Shown here: positions 28,849-39,622 of the stretch, piece by piece
Layout of the letters: every line of letters begins with the position of its first letter
How positions within the stretch are numbered: position 1 is the stretch's first letter
NCBI GenBank assembly: GCA_045611785.1
Contig: JAZKXV010000021.1
Coordinates: forward strand, 14,903 to 78,902
Length of the DNA stretch: 64,000 nt
Direction of reading: 5' to 3'
Source: Alphaproteobacteria bacterium
GTDB lineage: Bacteria; Pseudomonadota; Alphaproteobacteria; RF32; CAG-239
Notes under the pieces: model-generated
Told to the model about the DNA's origin: nothing
The model's input: only the letters and a program-made list of their open reading frames with translations
Database searches by the model: none
Program-made: the position numbers and the translations under genes

Positions 28849-29631
28849 TTAAAGAATTTCAACTTCTGTTTGAGAATATTTTGTTACCGTAAAACCCAAA
28901 GGATTCATCAAACGTTTCGACATAAACATTCTATCCGGCACAAAAACAGCCACAATAGACGCTGTCCAATATTGTGTTTTCAGCACCAACTCATTGGTGG
29001 TTAAGTTTCTAACCATTGGAGATAATTCGTATGTTTTAAAATCCACCTTCCAAATAGGGCTCTTATCTCCACCAACTTTATTAACCGATATGATTTCTAC
29101 AGACCTTGATGTTTTATCCTTAGACAGCTCTTGCAACTGAGCTTCCACCCTTTTCATAGGCTTAACATACACACCTCGCTCAAATTCATCAAAAACCTTA
29201 TCTGAAGATAAATAATTTATCATTCCACCACCAAACCACCTACTTTGCATTTCTCGTTCATCATCAATAACAGTATGTCTGAGTATAACATATTGTCTGA
29301 TAAACAGCTCCATCATTTGTTTTGCTGATGGCATTTTGGTAGAAATGGTTTCATATCTAACCATTTCATCAGAATTATCCTGACGAATAATCAAAAAAGG
29401 CTCAACATGTACTTCAGGGGCTAGCTTAAATAATACCAAAGAAGCACTGGTAAAAAACATTAAGGAAAGTATTGCTATAAAAGCCACAAACCTTGCTAAC
29501 CAACAGTAATAAACTTCTTTTGCAGAACCATGTACCTGACCTACAGATGTTACATAATTTACGTCTGATACATTCTTATAGGAAGTACCTATTGCAAGCC
29601 GTTCATTTGTTGAACCCAATTGATTATTCAT
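28849..29631 (-). CDS. virB8: Second VirB8 paralog.
   Basis: TM FVAFIAILSLMFFTSASLVLF. ...FIRQYVILRHTVIDDE...YWTASIVAVFVPDR...NPLGFTVTKYSQTE shows the VirB8 family hallmarks. Confidence 0.8.
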   Translation of the reverse strand: MNNQLGSTNERLAIGTSYKNVSDVNYVTSVGQVHGSAKEVYYCWLARFVAFIAILSLMFFTSASLVLFKLAPEVHVEPFLIIRQDNSDEMVRYETISTKMPSAKQMMELFIRQYVILRHTVIDDEREMQSRWFGGGMINYLSSDKVFDEFERGVYVKPMKRVEAQLQELSKDKTSRSVEIISVNKVGGDKSPIWKVDFKTYELSPMVRNLTTNELVLKTQYWTASIVAVFVPDRMFMSKRLMNPLGFTVTKYSQTEVEIL

Positions 29632-29645
29632 ATTTTCTCCGGTTC

Positions 29646-32600
29646 TTAATATACAGCACAGTATGGTGACATATAGTTTTCTTCTTGATCAGTATATGAA
29701 CTTTCTACTCTTTCATCATACTCACCAAGTGTTGCCTTATCAGTATCCGCTCTGGCAATAGCTTCTTGAAGCTCTTCCAAAGTCATATTTTCTGAAATGT
29801 TAACAAGAGCCCCAACGTCTTCTTTTAACATAGCCAGTAAATTATCTATTCTTTCAAGGCTTTCATATATCATACTACTGTTTATGTCATCAACATTTTT
29901 GAGCATCTCTTGAACATTTGCAAGCATAGCTTCAGCTTCTTTAACTTTATTATCTTTAATTGTCTTCAACTCTGCAATAAAGCCATCAGATACCTCTTGT
30001 TCTGATAAATCATATTCCGGATCTTCAGGAACAAAACCAAATTTTGCAAAAGTTTCATTAAGTGACTCACGCGTACTATCAACTTTTACATCAAGCTGAT
30101 CTAAGTTTTTCTGATACTCCATTTCACCTTCAACAAATTTTAACAAATCGCCGAATTGGTTACGATCAAAAATCATACTATCGCTTTTATACTTTTCAGT
30201 TTTATCGTAATCTTCTCCAAGTTCACTTAAATACTTCATAACTTTTCGCAAATTATCATTAAAATACCAACCATTTGCATCCACACCGGCAAATATAGCC
30301 AATTCGCTTTTAGGAGCATTGGAGGCCGAATAATTCATACTTTCTTTAGCCTCTAATTCTATACCATCTAAAGTAGTAATAGTAACATTATCAAGCACTT
30401 TGAATTTTATCGACTTAATATGTGTACAAGCAGGTAAGTTTCGTTTATTTGCAACTATATATTTGCCATCGTTAACATGAATTGAATATTCTTTATAGTC
30501 ACAAGGAAGAACCCCACCTGAAATCATGGTATCAGTACTCTCTGTAAGAGTTGTTCCTTGTAACAACGGAATTAAAGGAACATCTTTTTCTACATAGCCC
30601 TTACCACCTAAAATCAACTTCCAGATAGGAGGAACAAATTCTTTATATACTGTAGCTGTAGTTTCATCCTGATTTTCACAGAAATACGGCTGAGCATTAG
30701 CATCACAACTTGTGCTTAACATAGCACCTACTGTAATGAGCCCGTCTTTTGCCAAGTGATAATCTTCTGACAAAACCAAATTATCAAAATCTTTTCCATC
30801 AAAATGCACCATCTCTCTAAGCGGAGGTGTATATGTTGGAGCAATTGCTTTTGGCGCTGTAAAGTCTTTTGCTCCAGGTTCTGCCGCAATATAATATTGT
30901 TCATCAGGAGCATTACAATCTACATCCGGGCCACATATATTATTATATAATTCATTTGCTAACGCTTGTATAGCCATAGATTTTATTGCATTAAATTGAA
31001 TATATCCTGATAATCTACCCAAATTAATACTGCCCACAATTGCCGGATTTTTAATATCATCCATTATTTGTTTATGTATATTAACAATATTTTGATGATT
31101 TTCTGGATTAAAAATATCTAAATCTTTAATTTCCTCATAACCCTCTCTTATGGCAACAAGAGCATTATCTCTAACTATTTCCGTTACTGCATCTGCAACT
31201 TTTACAACATCCTTAAATATAGCAGACTTTGTACCTGTAGCAGCATTGAGATGTTTAGATAATGTAGATATCTCAATACTCTTAATTTGACTATAGGCTT
31301 GAGACAATACAATCTCTTTGCCATATTCAAGTTTAGACATTTGACCTGCGTATTCTTTTTTGATTTTAACCAACGCTTCTTTAGCATCTTCAAGTTGATC
31401 CATCTTATTATCTATTTCTTCTTCAAGATGTGCTATTATAGCTTTTTGTTCTTGTGCTTTTAGCTCCATTTCTGTTTTTGTTTTAGCAAATGTTACCATA
31501 TTTGCTTCAGCTTTTGCCTTAACAGTATCTGTTTTAGCATTTGTAGATTGCTCTGAACGATTAGCAGCTACTTCAAGAGACATTTTTTCTGCCTCTATCT
31601 GGCTATCAGCTTCCCTTTGTGCTTCAACAAACTCATTATAGGTTACTCTAGCTTCTTCTAATTCTAAACTTAACTCATCTAATTGTTCATACAAATCTGC
31701 AATATTTTGTTCTTGCTTGTTAATATCTGCTACAAATTTTGCTTTTGCAGCATTAATAGTTGCATCATACTGTGCTTGAGCATGTTTTACATCATCAATT
31801 TTAGGAGCAGGATTTTCTTCAATAGCTTTTTTCAACCCTTCTAAACCGAGAGCATTATATGATACGACATCATTAAACAATACATTATGCATTTTAGGGC
31901 CTTCATAATCCTCTTGCTCTTTTTCTTCTTCATCTTCTTCTACATACAAGCTATCATTGATACTTCTAGCAATTGAGAGAGCTATATTTCTCATATCCAA
32001 ACTTCTGATAAATATCTCCATATTGCTATATTTACCCTCAAGATATTTTTCGTAGAAATATTTTTCATCATACCATAAATCATATTTATTATGAAATTCT
32101 CCATATGTATTATCACCCTCAGCCATAGCTTTTCCTATTTTTTGAGCCACAAGAGACCCAATTTGCCATGCTAAAACATCTCTTTCTCTATCGTTTTGGT
32201 TAATACGAACTTCATCTGAAGGTTTAAGTAAATTATTTTCTGGTACTCCTGAGTTTTCATTTTCGGTAACAACATTTCCTTGTTGTTCCATATCTTCTAA
32301 ACTGCCAACTTCAGATGAATCAGAAACATCGACATCATTTACTTTAGTTGCAAATTCTACATCGCCATATTCTAATGTTTTTTCAGCCTTTGCAATTTTA
32401 TATGCAGTAATCAACCAACCGGATAAACCACCACGGCGCTCATAACGGTTGAGTGAATAATCACTACATAACTTAGTTTTATCATATGAACACAAATAAT
32501 CGCCTGTAGTGACAGTATCTAAAACTTCAGGAGTAATTTGAATTCCCGAATCGCACACAATATTGCTAGAACTGCCATGCACACAGCCTTTACCTAACCA

Positions 32601-33878
32601 TGCTGTTACAGGATCACTATAATATCTGCCAAGATGGTTAAGCACACATTCTTCGGAATGACGCACTTTATCAATTACAGCTTGGTGTAAATCTTTCATT
32701 CTCTTATATTCAACAAACGGACCTTTATAATTATCAAGTACCTGCATCATATTATGAACTTCAACAGCTTCTTTTAACACATAGTCCACTCTGCTTATCT
32801 CTGACAAAGATTTAAATTGAGCTGCGGTTCCTTTAAATGGAGATACAGCGACCCTTGGTTGAGTTTCAATCAAATCTAAATTTTCATCTTTAATATTCAA
32901 CACCGGTTTCTGAAAAAGATTAGGTTTTGCTTGTGCATAGGAAACTGCTGCTTTTATATCAATATTAAAGTATTCATTTGCCGAAACTTCATCTTCTTGC
33001 TCCGGTTCTTCTGGAATTATTCCGCCTCTTAAAGCTTGAGCTGCTTCATATTGAGCCTCTAAAGCACTTAATTCTTCTGTAATTCTTAAAATAGAATCAT
33101 AAATTTCTGCTACTTTATAATAGTTTACCCAAGATCCAAGCTCGTCATTAGCCTCTCCTGTTTCTCCAGAAACTTCCGGATTAGGTTCTACAGCTGTTCC
33201 GGTAACATATTTATCGCTCATACCATCAACTTCTTGCTGTAAAGCTTCCATTCTTTCATCCATATCACGAGAAGCAATATATAACTCCACCATTGCATCA
33301 TTACTAAATTCTATAGCTTTATCAGCATAAAGCTTCTTAATACCCTCTTTATCTTTCGGATATTTTTCTAAGAATTCAGCCGGATATTGTCCAAATAAAA
33401 CCTTAAATGCAGCAATAATAGATTCTTCATCTCTAATATCTGCAATTTCGCATTCAGCAATATCTCTTGATGTAGCTACAGTTGGTTCTCCTTTTTCTTT
33501 TTTGTGTAGTTTTCCCGCAATGCTTTGTACCTTATCACCTGCCCAATTTTTGGCCTTATCTTTAAATTGTCCTATTTTATCTTCAACATTGCCTTTAATA
33601 TCATCTACTTTGCTTTTTACACTATCAATTTTGCCTTCAATATCTTCTTGAAATTTTTTAATCTTATCAAGAACTTGTGTTTGCAATCTTTGAGCTTTTT
33701 CATTAATACTGCTGATAACATTACCACCAGCTTCAACACCACCTGACGCATCGGCACAGCCATCTAGAGTAGGACTAAATGGTGTAGGAGGAAGAAAGAA
33801 AAAGGAATTTGCATTACCTATTGCTACAAACATACCTATTGCAGCAATTAAACAAATTTTAGCAGAAATTTTCATCAT
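29646..33878 (-). CDS. Large (1410 aa) secreted, predominantly coiled-coil protein in the position where virB6 would be expected. Not VirB6.
   Basis: N-terminal signal/anchor, then apolipoprotein-like 11-mer helical repeats (...GKIDSVKSKVDDIKGNVEDKIGQFKDKAKNWAGDKVQSIAGK...) and long Glu/Lys/Gln-rich heptad regions. No internal hydrophobic helices. Confidence 0.6.
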   Translation of the reverse strand: MMKISAKICLIAAIGMFVAIGNANSFFFLPPTPFSPTLDGCADASGGVEAGGNVISSINEKAQRLQTQVLDKIKKFQEDIEGKIDSVKSKVDDIKGNVEDKIGQFKDKAKNWAGDKVQSIAGKLHKKEKGEPTVATSRDIAECEIADIRDEESIIAAFKVLFGQYPAEFLEKYPKDKEGIKKLYADKAIEFSNDAMVELYIASRDMDERMEALQQEVDGMSDKYVTGTAVEPNPEVSGETGEANDELGSWVNYYKVAEIYDSILRITEELSALEAQYEAAQALRGGIIPEEPEQEDEVSANEYFNIDIKAAVSYAQAKPNLFQKPVLNIKDENLDLIETQPRVAVSPFKGTAAQFKSLSEISRVDYVLKEAVEVHNMMQVLDNYKGPFVEYKRMKDLHQAVIDKVRHSEECVLNHLGRYYSDPVTAWLGKGCVHGSSSNIVCDSGIQITPEVLDTVTTGDYLCSYDKTKLCSDYSLNRYERRGGLSGWLITAYKIAKAEKTLEYGDVEFATKVNDVDVSDSSEVGSLEDMEQQGNVVTENENSGVPENNLLKPSDEVRINQNDRERDVLAWQIGSLVAQKIGKAMAEGDNTYGEFHNKYDLWYDEKYFYEKYLEGKYSNMEIFIRSLDMRNIALSIARSINDSLYVEEDEEEKEQEDYEGPKMHNVLFNDVVSYNALGLEGLKKAIEENPAPKIDDVKHAQAQYDATINAAKAKFVADINKQEQNIADLYEQLDELSLELEEARVTYNEFVEAQREADSQIEAEKMSLEVAANRSEQSTNAKTDTVKAKAEANMVTFAKTKTEMELKAQEQKAIIAHLEEEIDNKMDQLEDAKEALVKIKKEYAGQMSKLEYGKEIVLSQAYSQIKSIEISTLSKHLNAATGTKSAIFKDVVKVADAVTEIVRDNALVAIREGYEEIKDLDIFNPENHQNIVNIHKQIMDDIKNPAIVGSINLGRLSGYIQFNAIKSMAIQALANELYNNICGPDVDCNAPDEQYYIAAEPGAKDFTAPKAIAPTYTPPLREMVHFDGKDFDNLVLSEDYHLAKDGLITVGAMLSTSCDANAQPYFCENQDETTATVYKEFVPPIWKLILGGKGYVEKDVPLIPLLQGTTLTESTDTMISGGVLPCDYKEYSIHVNDGKYIVANKRNLPACTHIKSIKFKVLDNVTITTLDGIELEAKESMNYSASNAPKSELAIFAGVDANGWYFNDNLRKVMKYLSELGEDYDKTEKYKSDSMIFDRNQFGDLLKFVEGEMEYQKNLDQLDVKVDSTRESLNETFAKFGFVPEDPEYDLSEQEVSDGFIAELKTIKDNKVKEAEAMLANVQEMLKNVDDINSSMIYESLERIDNLLAMLKEDVGALVNISENMTLEELQEAIARADTDKATLGEYDERVESSYTDQEENYMSPYCAVY

Positions 33879-33888
33879 ATTAACCTCC

Positions 33889-35178
33889 CTATTTCGCCTT
33901 AATATTATCTAAAAAGCCTTTTTTCTTCTCATCTGTAACAATATCATCTTCATCAAAGACATAGTTATCCAAATTAAGAACTGCTGGATTTTTTTCTGGG
34001 CTATAGTTTTTAAGCTTGTAATCTTGATTATTCATATTCAAAGCGGTTTGTAATTTCATGTTTGCAAGTATTAACTTGTTATATTCATGCAAAAGTTGTG
34101 TTTCTTGTATTTTGTGTTCTGTCATCATGGCAATTGCCGACAATTGCTGTTCTGCACCAGCTGTGTTATCTTGTATTTTATAACTTTCTTCCTCTTCTTT
34201 ATCTAAAGAGTTTTGGAATTTAGCTGCCGCAACAATTGCCTCAACCATAGAGTCTACTAAAACTTTTGTACGATATTTTCTAACTCTTGAAACACTCTCG
34301 GCATTTTTTGCTTCTTCAGGAAGAATAAAGTTATTTTCTAACACTTCACTATAAGCTGCACCTTTTTCTTCCGGTGATTTTTTAAGAAAACCTGCTACTT
34401 TGCTAAGTGTCATACCTGCAACGCCAGCTATCTTAGCCGCATTAGCCAATTTGTCTTGCAACTTTTGATCTGCTTGCTTTTTCTCTTCGTTTAAACTTTG
34501 ATAACTTTCATCTTGAGCTAAAATTTCGCTGTTTTCACTATTTAAATCAACAATTATATCTGTTTGTTCATTAACAACAGCCTGATGTTCATTAATTTTG
34601 CTTTGAATCATAGCTCTTGTTTGAGGGTCATCCGCATCCTCAAGCATCACATTTAAAATTGCAATATTTTCTTCTGAAGTTGTTTTTCTTCCTTCTGCCT
34701 CAGAAAGCAAAGCATCTTTTCTATCATCCATCTCTATACTAAGAGTTTTGCTTTCCACCTCCAAAGATGTAGGAAGCTCATTTACGGCAGCCTCAGCTTC
34801 TGCTTCTTGTTCTTCATATGTAGTTCCAGCCTCCGGCTCTCCATTGTATCCCGGCATTAATGAATCAAACTTTTCCATTACATTTTGAACTTTTAGCTTA
34901 GTCTTTTCAAAAAGGGCTTTTGCTCTTGTACCTTTTTGATAAACTTCTTTACCCATTGCTGCGGCATCAGTGACAACACCTGCTGTTTCACTTAAGTCTC
35001 CGGCAAAGTCTAACGGAGCTCTTTCGAGCATTGATAAAGCGTCCAGCTTTAACCCCGCTGAAGCATTATTTGCTACCATTATCAATAATGCGCATAAGCA
35101 TACAGTATTCTTATTCATCATCGCCCTCTCCATCTTCTGGATCATTTTGATAGTTCTGAATTTGTATGGTATATACAA
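33889..35178 (-). CDS. Secreted alpha-helical protein (429 aa) of the virB cluster, function unknown (possibly VirB5/TrbJ-related).
   Basis: Signal peptide ...CLCALLIMVANNASA. Helical Glu/Gln/Lys-rich composition. Confidence 0.5.
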   Translation of the reverse strand: MYIPYKFRTIKMIQKMERAMMNKNTVCLCALLIMVANNASAGLKLDALSMLERAPLDFAGDLSETAGVVTDAAAMGKEVYQKGTRAKALFEKTKLKVQNVMEKFDSLMPGYNGEPEAGTTYEEQEAEAEAAVNELPTSLEVESKTLSIEMDDRKDALLSEAEGRKTTSEENIAILNVMLEDADDPQTRAMIQSKINEHQAVVNEQTDIIVDLNSENSEILAQDESYQSLNEEKKQADQKLQDKLANAAKIAGVAGMTLSKVAGFLKKSPEEKGAAYSEVLENNFILPEEAKNAESVSRVRKYRTKVLVDSMVEAIVAAAKFQNSLDKEEEESYKIQDNTAGAEQQLSAIAMMTEHKIQETQLLHEYNKLILANMKLQTALNMNNQDYKLKNYSPEKNPAVLNLDNYVFDEDDIVTDEKKKGFLDNIKAK

Positions 35179-35773
35179 ATGAAGTTATATAAGCTTGCGT
35201 TTGTAAAATAGACGCCCAACGTTTTGACGACTTTATAAACTTATCTGCTGCAGCACTTTGCGCTGACGCAAGAGTACTTAAATCAGGCTCTTCACTACTC
35301 TCATCTCTCAGCTCTTGTCTTTTAACGATTGATCTCGCAAACAATACGCTGACACCTTTGAATTTTTCTTCATTAATACGTTGGTTAAGTTGCTTTTGTA
35401 TAGCAATGTTATTCAAAGCACCTTTTTCCCTGCTGTATGTCTCCTGCACCCTAGACATTCTATCTACATCAGGCTCAGATGCACCTTTATTTTCAACACC
35501 TTTAGGTAAGTGTGTTTTTAACACACCCACCGGATCTTCTGAAAAATCTTTAATACTATTTACAGCATTCTTTATTTTATCTCTACCTGTCGAAATAGCT
35601 GATTTTACTTTGTTATACTGCTCTGATAAATCATAATATTGTTTTTTAACTTCTTCTACAGAAGCCACCACATTTTTTACCACAATATTAATAGGCTCAA
35701 TATCAGCTTTTGCAGGCTGCGCCAAGGTAAGCATCAGCACACCCAACGCAACACTTTTTAATGAATTTGTCAT
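35111..35773 (-). CDS. VirB5/TrbJ-like secreted helical protein (220 aa).
   Basis: Signal peptide MTNSLKSVALGVLMLTLAQPAKA. Size and helical character typical of VirB5/TrbJ. Located after virB4. Confidence 0.5.
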   Translation of the reverse strand: MTNSLKSVALGVLMLTLAQPAKADIEPINIVVKNVVASVEEVKKQYYDLSEQYNKVKSAISTGRDKIKNAVNSIKDFSEDPVGVLKTHLPKGVENKGASEPDVDRMSRVQETYSREKGALNNIAIQKQLNQRINEEKFKGVSVLFARSIVKRQELRDESSEEPDLSTLASAQSAAADKFIKSSKRWASILQTQAYITSFVYTIQIQNYQNDPEDGEGDDE

Positions 35774-35775
35774 TT

Positions 35776-37056
35776 CTAAACTCCTTCATCTTCATAATAT
35801 GATACATCTATATGATTAACAGCTGAAAAACTTTCTTGCATAAGGCGTCTTGACATACTATCCATTAATTTTAACAACAACTCTTGGTTGGCTTTGCCAA
35901 TTTCTCCGACATAAGCTATATCATCTCGCTCACTGCTATTACTTTGGCCTTTACTTTCAATATCTTCAGCGACATCCGCACTAAATGAGTTTGCATATTC
36001 TTTTTCAGCAATTGAAGACGCTAAGTTTGCTGCCACATGCTCATGCATTGCTTTTTTATATTCTTCTTTACACTCTAAACCTTTAATTGCATCTTTATTA
36101 CCATCATTATCTAAACCTGCCATACATTCAACCCATGTTTGGATACACTCACGAACCTTATCTTCGTTTTCAGCATCATCAACACCCATATCACACTTAA
36201 CCGCTATTATTTCAGAAAACAAAAACTTACCTTCTTCATTAGTTCCGGTAGCGCCACTACTGAGCTGAGCATAAGAAGATGATGACACTACACCAAAACC
36301 AAATTCTGCGCCATCAGTATCCATCGACGATGTCTTAAAACCTCTTGTCTGTGTTTGTATATTTAAAGGAGCCACTCCATTGGTATTAACAGCAGCCGGA
36401 GTATTCTCAGCGGGGGCTTGCGTGTTTCCACCCTGTCCAGTTACATTACCAACAACTCCCTGAGCTGCTGAAACAGCAGAATCAACCTTGCCCTTTGCAG
36501 CATCAACAGCACCTTTAGCACCGGAAACAGCAGAGTCGACAGCATCTTTAGCAGAATCAACCGCACCCTTCGCTTTATCAACAGCACCTTTGGCGTCGGA
36601 AACTGCAGTTTCAACCTTATTCTTTGCATCATTAACCATATCTTTTGCATCTGTGATTGTTGAGGTAACTTGGCCGGCAACATCTTTAACATCATTTATA
36701 GCACCGCTAACTAAATCTTTTGCACCAGCAATTTTTTTGCGCAACTTTGCAATACGTTCTTTAGTCTTCTTTACGCGCTCTACTTTTTCTTTAGCACGCT
36801 CAGCTAATGCTTTTGCATCTCTAAACTTTGTAATAACATCTAAGTTATTACCCAATGCCACAAACTCTTTTGCCTGACTTAAAGCAGAATCCACAGAAGA
36901 TTTCAACGACTGAGCACTGGTAACGACACCTTTAATTGTACCAGCAACCTCTGCTATATCAAATGTAGGAAAACCAAAAGAATAACAAGGAGGCGCCCAA
37001 AATGTTACACCTGTACACAACAGAATAACATAAGTCATTTTTTTAATTTTATTCAT
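35776..37056 (-). CDS. Secreted protein with an Ala/Lys/Asp-rich 11-residue helical repeat and an acidic Cys-containing C-terminal domain (426 aa).
   Basis: Signal peptide. Repeats DAKNKVETAVSDAKGAVDKAKGAVDSAKDAVDSAVSGAKGAVDAAKGKVDSAVSAAQG. Immediately downstream of virB4. Confidence 0.5.
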   Translation of the reverse strand: MNKIKKMTYVILLCTGVTFWAPPCYSFGFPTFDIAEVAGTIKGVVTSAQSLKSSVDSALSQAKEFVALGNNLDVITKFRDAKALAERAKEKVERVKKTKERIAKLRKKIAGAKDLVSGAINDVKDVAGQVTSTITDAKDMVNDAKNKVETAVSDAKGAVDKAKGAVDSAKDAVDSAVSGAKGAVDAAKGKVDSAVSAAQGVVGNVTGQGGNTQAPAENTPAAVNTNGVAPLNIQTQTRGFKTSSMDTDGAEFGFGVVSSSSYAQLSSGATGTNEEGKFLFSEIIAVKCDMGVDDAENEDKVRECIQTWVECMAGLDNDGNKDAIKGLECKEEYKKAMHEHVAANLASSIAEKEYANSFSADVAEDIESKGQSNSSERDDIAYVGEIGKANQELLLKLMDSMSRRLMQESFSAVNHIDVSYYEDEGV

Positions 37057-37135
37057 AATTACCTCCTTATAAATAGTCTTTACATATTAATAGTTTATCA
37101 CATTGCCAAATAAAGCTAAAGTTTTTTTTAATAAA

Positions 37136-39622
37136 TTACGAAATATTTAAATATTTTGTAACAAAGTTCTCTTCACCATATTCCTTAATAAGTTCTTCAA
37201 CCAATAAAACATTCTTACTACCTGAGTTATAAATCTTCAGATATGGACCGAGAGCGCCTAGGTTAACATCCAATATCACAGATTCAAATGTTGCAGGTCT
37301 TGAAAGCAAGATAGCATACTGACAATCACGATACGAACGTCCCAATATAAAATCAAGCTCGCTGTCAGTTAAATTCCAAGTCGCATAGTCTTCTGGCATT
37401 GCTTGCGGGTTCCTAAAGAATATAATTGTTTGACACTGACCACGAATAGCTCCGCCAACACCCAATTTATCTATAATATTAGGCTGTTGAAACGCACACA
37501 AATACGCCTGACGTTTTTTACGACCTTCTTGCAAACCGATAATAAAATAATCTTTAAACATCGGGTGCTGTAACATAGGTGCCGTTTCGTCTATCATGAT
37601 AAGAGCAGGATCACCAGTTTCGCTCGCTTCAGCCTGTATACGGTGCATAATATAGCTAATAACGGCCGGAGCTTTGACTTCATCTTCAAAAATATGTGTA
37701 AAGTCAAAAGCCATAAATCTCTTAGTTTTCAAGTCCAAACTATCACCTTCAGCATTAAAAAGACCACCATTCTGCTCCGGATCAACCCAACGATAAAGCT
37801 CTCGACGCATCACTCCTGTAGGAGAAAAACAGCTCTTATACAAATTTTTTAATATACGTTCTTCTGGACGCAAATATTCAAACGCAGTCGTCACCGCACG
37901 AGCAATTTCATGCTCCGAGTTAGCATCTTTTGCCATTGTAATAGATTTTAGCCATCCTTTAAGGAAATCTCTGTTAACTTTTGTATCTCTGGTATCAAAA
38001 GGGTTAAGAGACACATTTTTATTATCACCATCAAAGCCTACATACGCCCCACCTATTGATCTGGTAAAGATTTCAGCACCTCGGTGTCTATCAAAGAAGA
38101 ACACCCTCAAATCGCCGTGACGCATTGCTTGTCCGGCCAAAAATGTTAATAAAGTTGTTTTACCTTGACCGGTAGGACCGATAATACAACAGTGACCCAC
38201 AGCATAATCATCTGATGAAACATGGAACTGGAACCTATATGCAGAACCTGACATGGTTCTAAACACCGAAATAGCTCCCGGACCCCAGTCACATTTACTA
38301 AAACCTTCAGATGGTTTATCAAAACAAATAGCCATAGCAACAACTCGGGATAAATATCTGTATGTTCTAGGATATGTATCATATGTCGGAAATTGACTGA
38401 AGAATGTCGCTTGAGCCACCCAACCTTCACGAACAGGTGTAACACCATACGAACGACATATACGCTGAACTTCACTTTCACCAAAATCTAGCTCTTCTTG
38501 AGATCTTCCTCTCAACATTATACTTAGAGCATACTCCGTTAAAGCCTGATAATCAGCATCACTATCTTCAATTGTTGCAAGAGCTTGAGAATATTGATCC
38601 AATATTTCCGGAGAAAAGCTTGTCAATGCGGCCATTCTTTGTTGCTGCATCAAAATCATTCTTGCTTGAGGCTTAAATATCGGGCGAATATTATGCATAA
38701 TAACTAATTCGCAATCTATTGAAAGCAAAGAAACTATCATACTCTCATCCATATAATCACCCGTTGTACGAATACCCATTGCAATTTCGTACAATTCCTT
38801 TTCACCGGAGAAAAATTTAATAACACCCTTTTCTTTAGTGAAATGTATATGGTCTGCGGTCAACATTTCTTTTAATTCAGCACCTGAAGAATTTCTGACC
38901 TTAGGTGCCGGACGAGATACCGGTGAACACAATCTTGAAAACACATACAAAGGACTATCAACCGCCTTACTATCAGGAGACTCATACAATTGAGAAACAC
39001 CATATTCACTTAATGTTGAAACCAATGATTGACACGCATAATTTAAATCTTTTAGAGCATCTTTTCTATCAGGAACAGATAAAATAACATAGTGAGTATT
39101 GTTGAAAACCCTAGACATTCCGGAACGCCACACATTGGATATACGCTCTAAAAGTTCATTATTAAAATTACCCTTATCATTATCTAAAACACTTAATTCT
39201 CTTAGTGTAATAACACGGCTGGTAACTTGAAGATCTGACATATTATCAATCCAAGCTTTACGAGCCTCCATCATGGAATAAACCTTTTCCGGTGTTGCTG
39301 AACCCAAATCCATACCGTTAACTCTAAAAACGCGGACAAAAGAGCCGTTAGAACAACGTATTGTCATTCCGTCTTCCATTATCGATGCAAATGGCAAAAA
39401 GTCAGACACGCGAGATTCTCGCGGCTGAGGCAACACCATGTTTCCAAACTTACCTATCGTTAAAGCCGAAAAAGCAACAGCTGATATAAAACCAATAACA
39501 GCGACGATAACTTCAACGCTGCTCAAACCTTTTACAAAAAGAGATACAAAATCAAAATCAGGGCTCAAATTTATTCCCCTTTTCAGCATATATATTTTTA
39601 GAAACCAAATTTGTCTGTCCAA
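37136..39622 (-). CDS. virB4: Type IV secretion ATPase VirB4.
   Basis: 828 aa. Walker A GPTGQGKTT, Walker B ...LIMIDE.... Typical CagE/TrbE/VirB4 length. Overlaps the virB3 3' end by 65 nt. Confidence 0.9.
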   Translation of the reverse strand: MDRQIWFLKIYMLKRGINLSPDFDFVSLFVKGLSSVEVIVAVIGFISAVAFSALTIGKFGNMVLPQPRESRVSDFLPFASIMEDGMTIRCSNGSFVRVFRVNGMDLGSATPEKVYSMMEARKAWIDNMSDLQVTSRVITLRELSVLDNDKGNFNNELLERISNVWRSGMSRVFNNTHYVILSVPDRKDALKDLNYACQSLVSTLSEYGVSQLYESPDSKAVDSPLYVFSRLCSPVSRPAPKVRNSSGAELKEMLTADHIHFTKEKGVIKFFSGEKELYEIAMGIRTTGDYMDESMIVSLLSIDCELVIMHNIRPIFKPQARMILMQQQRMAALTSFSPEILDQYSQALATIEDSDADYQALTEYALSIMLRGRSQEELDFGESEVQRICRSYGVTPVREGWVAQATFFSQFPTYDTYPRTYRYLSRVVAMAICFDKPSEGFSKCDWGPGAISVFRTMSGSAYRFQFHVSSDDYAVGHCCIIGPTGQGKTTLLTFLAGQAMRHGDLRVFFFDRHRGAEIFTRSIGGAYVGFDGDNKNVSLNPFDTRDTKVNRDFLKGWLKSITMAKDANSEHEIARAVTTAFEYLRPEERILKNLYKSCFSPTGVMRRELYRWVDPEQNGGLFNAEGDSLDLKTKRFMAFDFTHIFEDEVKAPAVISYIMHRIQAEASETGDPALIMIDETAPMLQHPMFKDYFIIGLQEGRKKRQAYLCAFQQPNIIDKLGVGGAIRGQCQTIIFFRNPQAMPEDYATWNLTDSELDFILGRSYRDCQYAILLSRPATFESVILDVNLGALGPYLKIYNSGSKNVLLVEELIKEYGEENFVTKYLNIS

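Noticed and set aside
29646..33878. Calling the 1410-aa ORF VirB6 because of its position between virB4 and virB8.
   Set aside because: Only a single N-terminal hydrophobic segment. The rest is hydrophilic coiled-coil. VirB6/TrbL proteins are polytopic.
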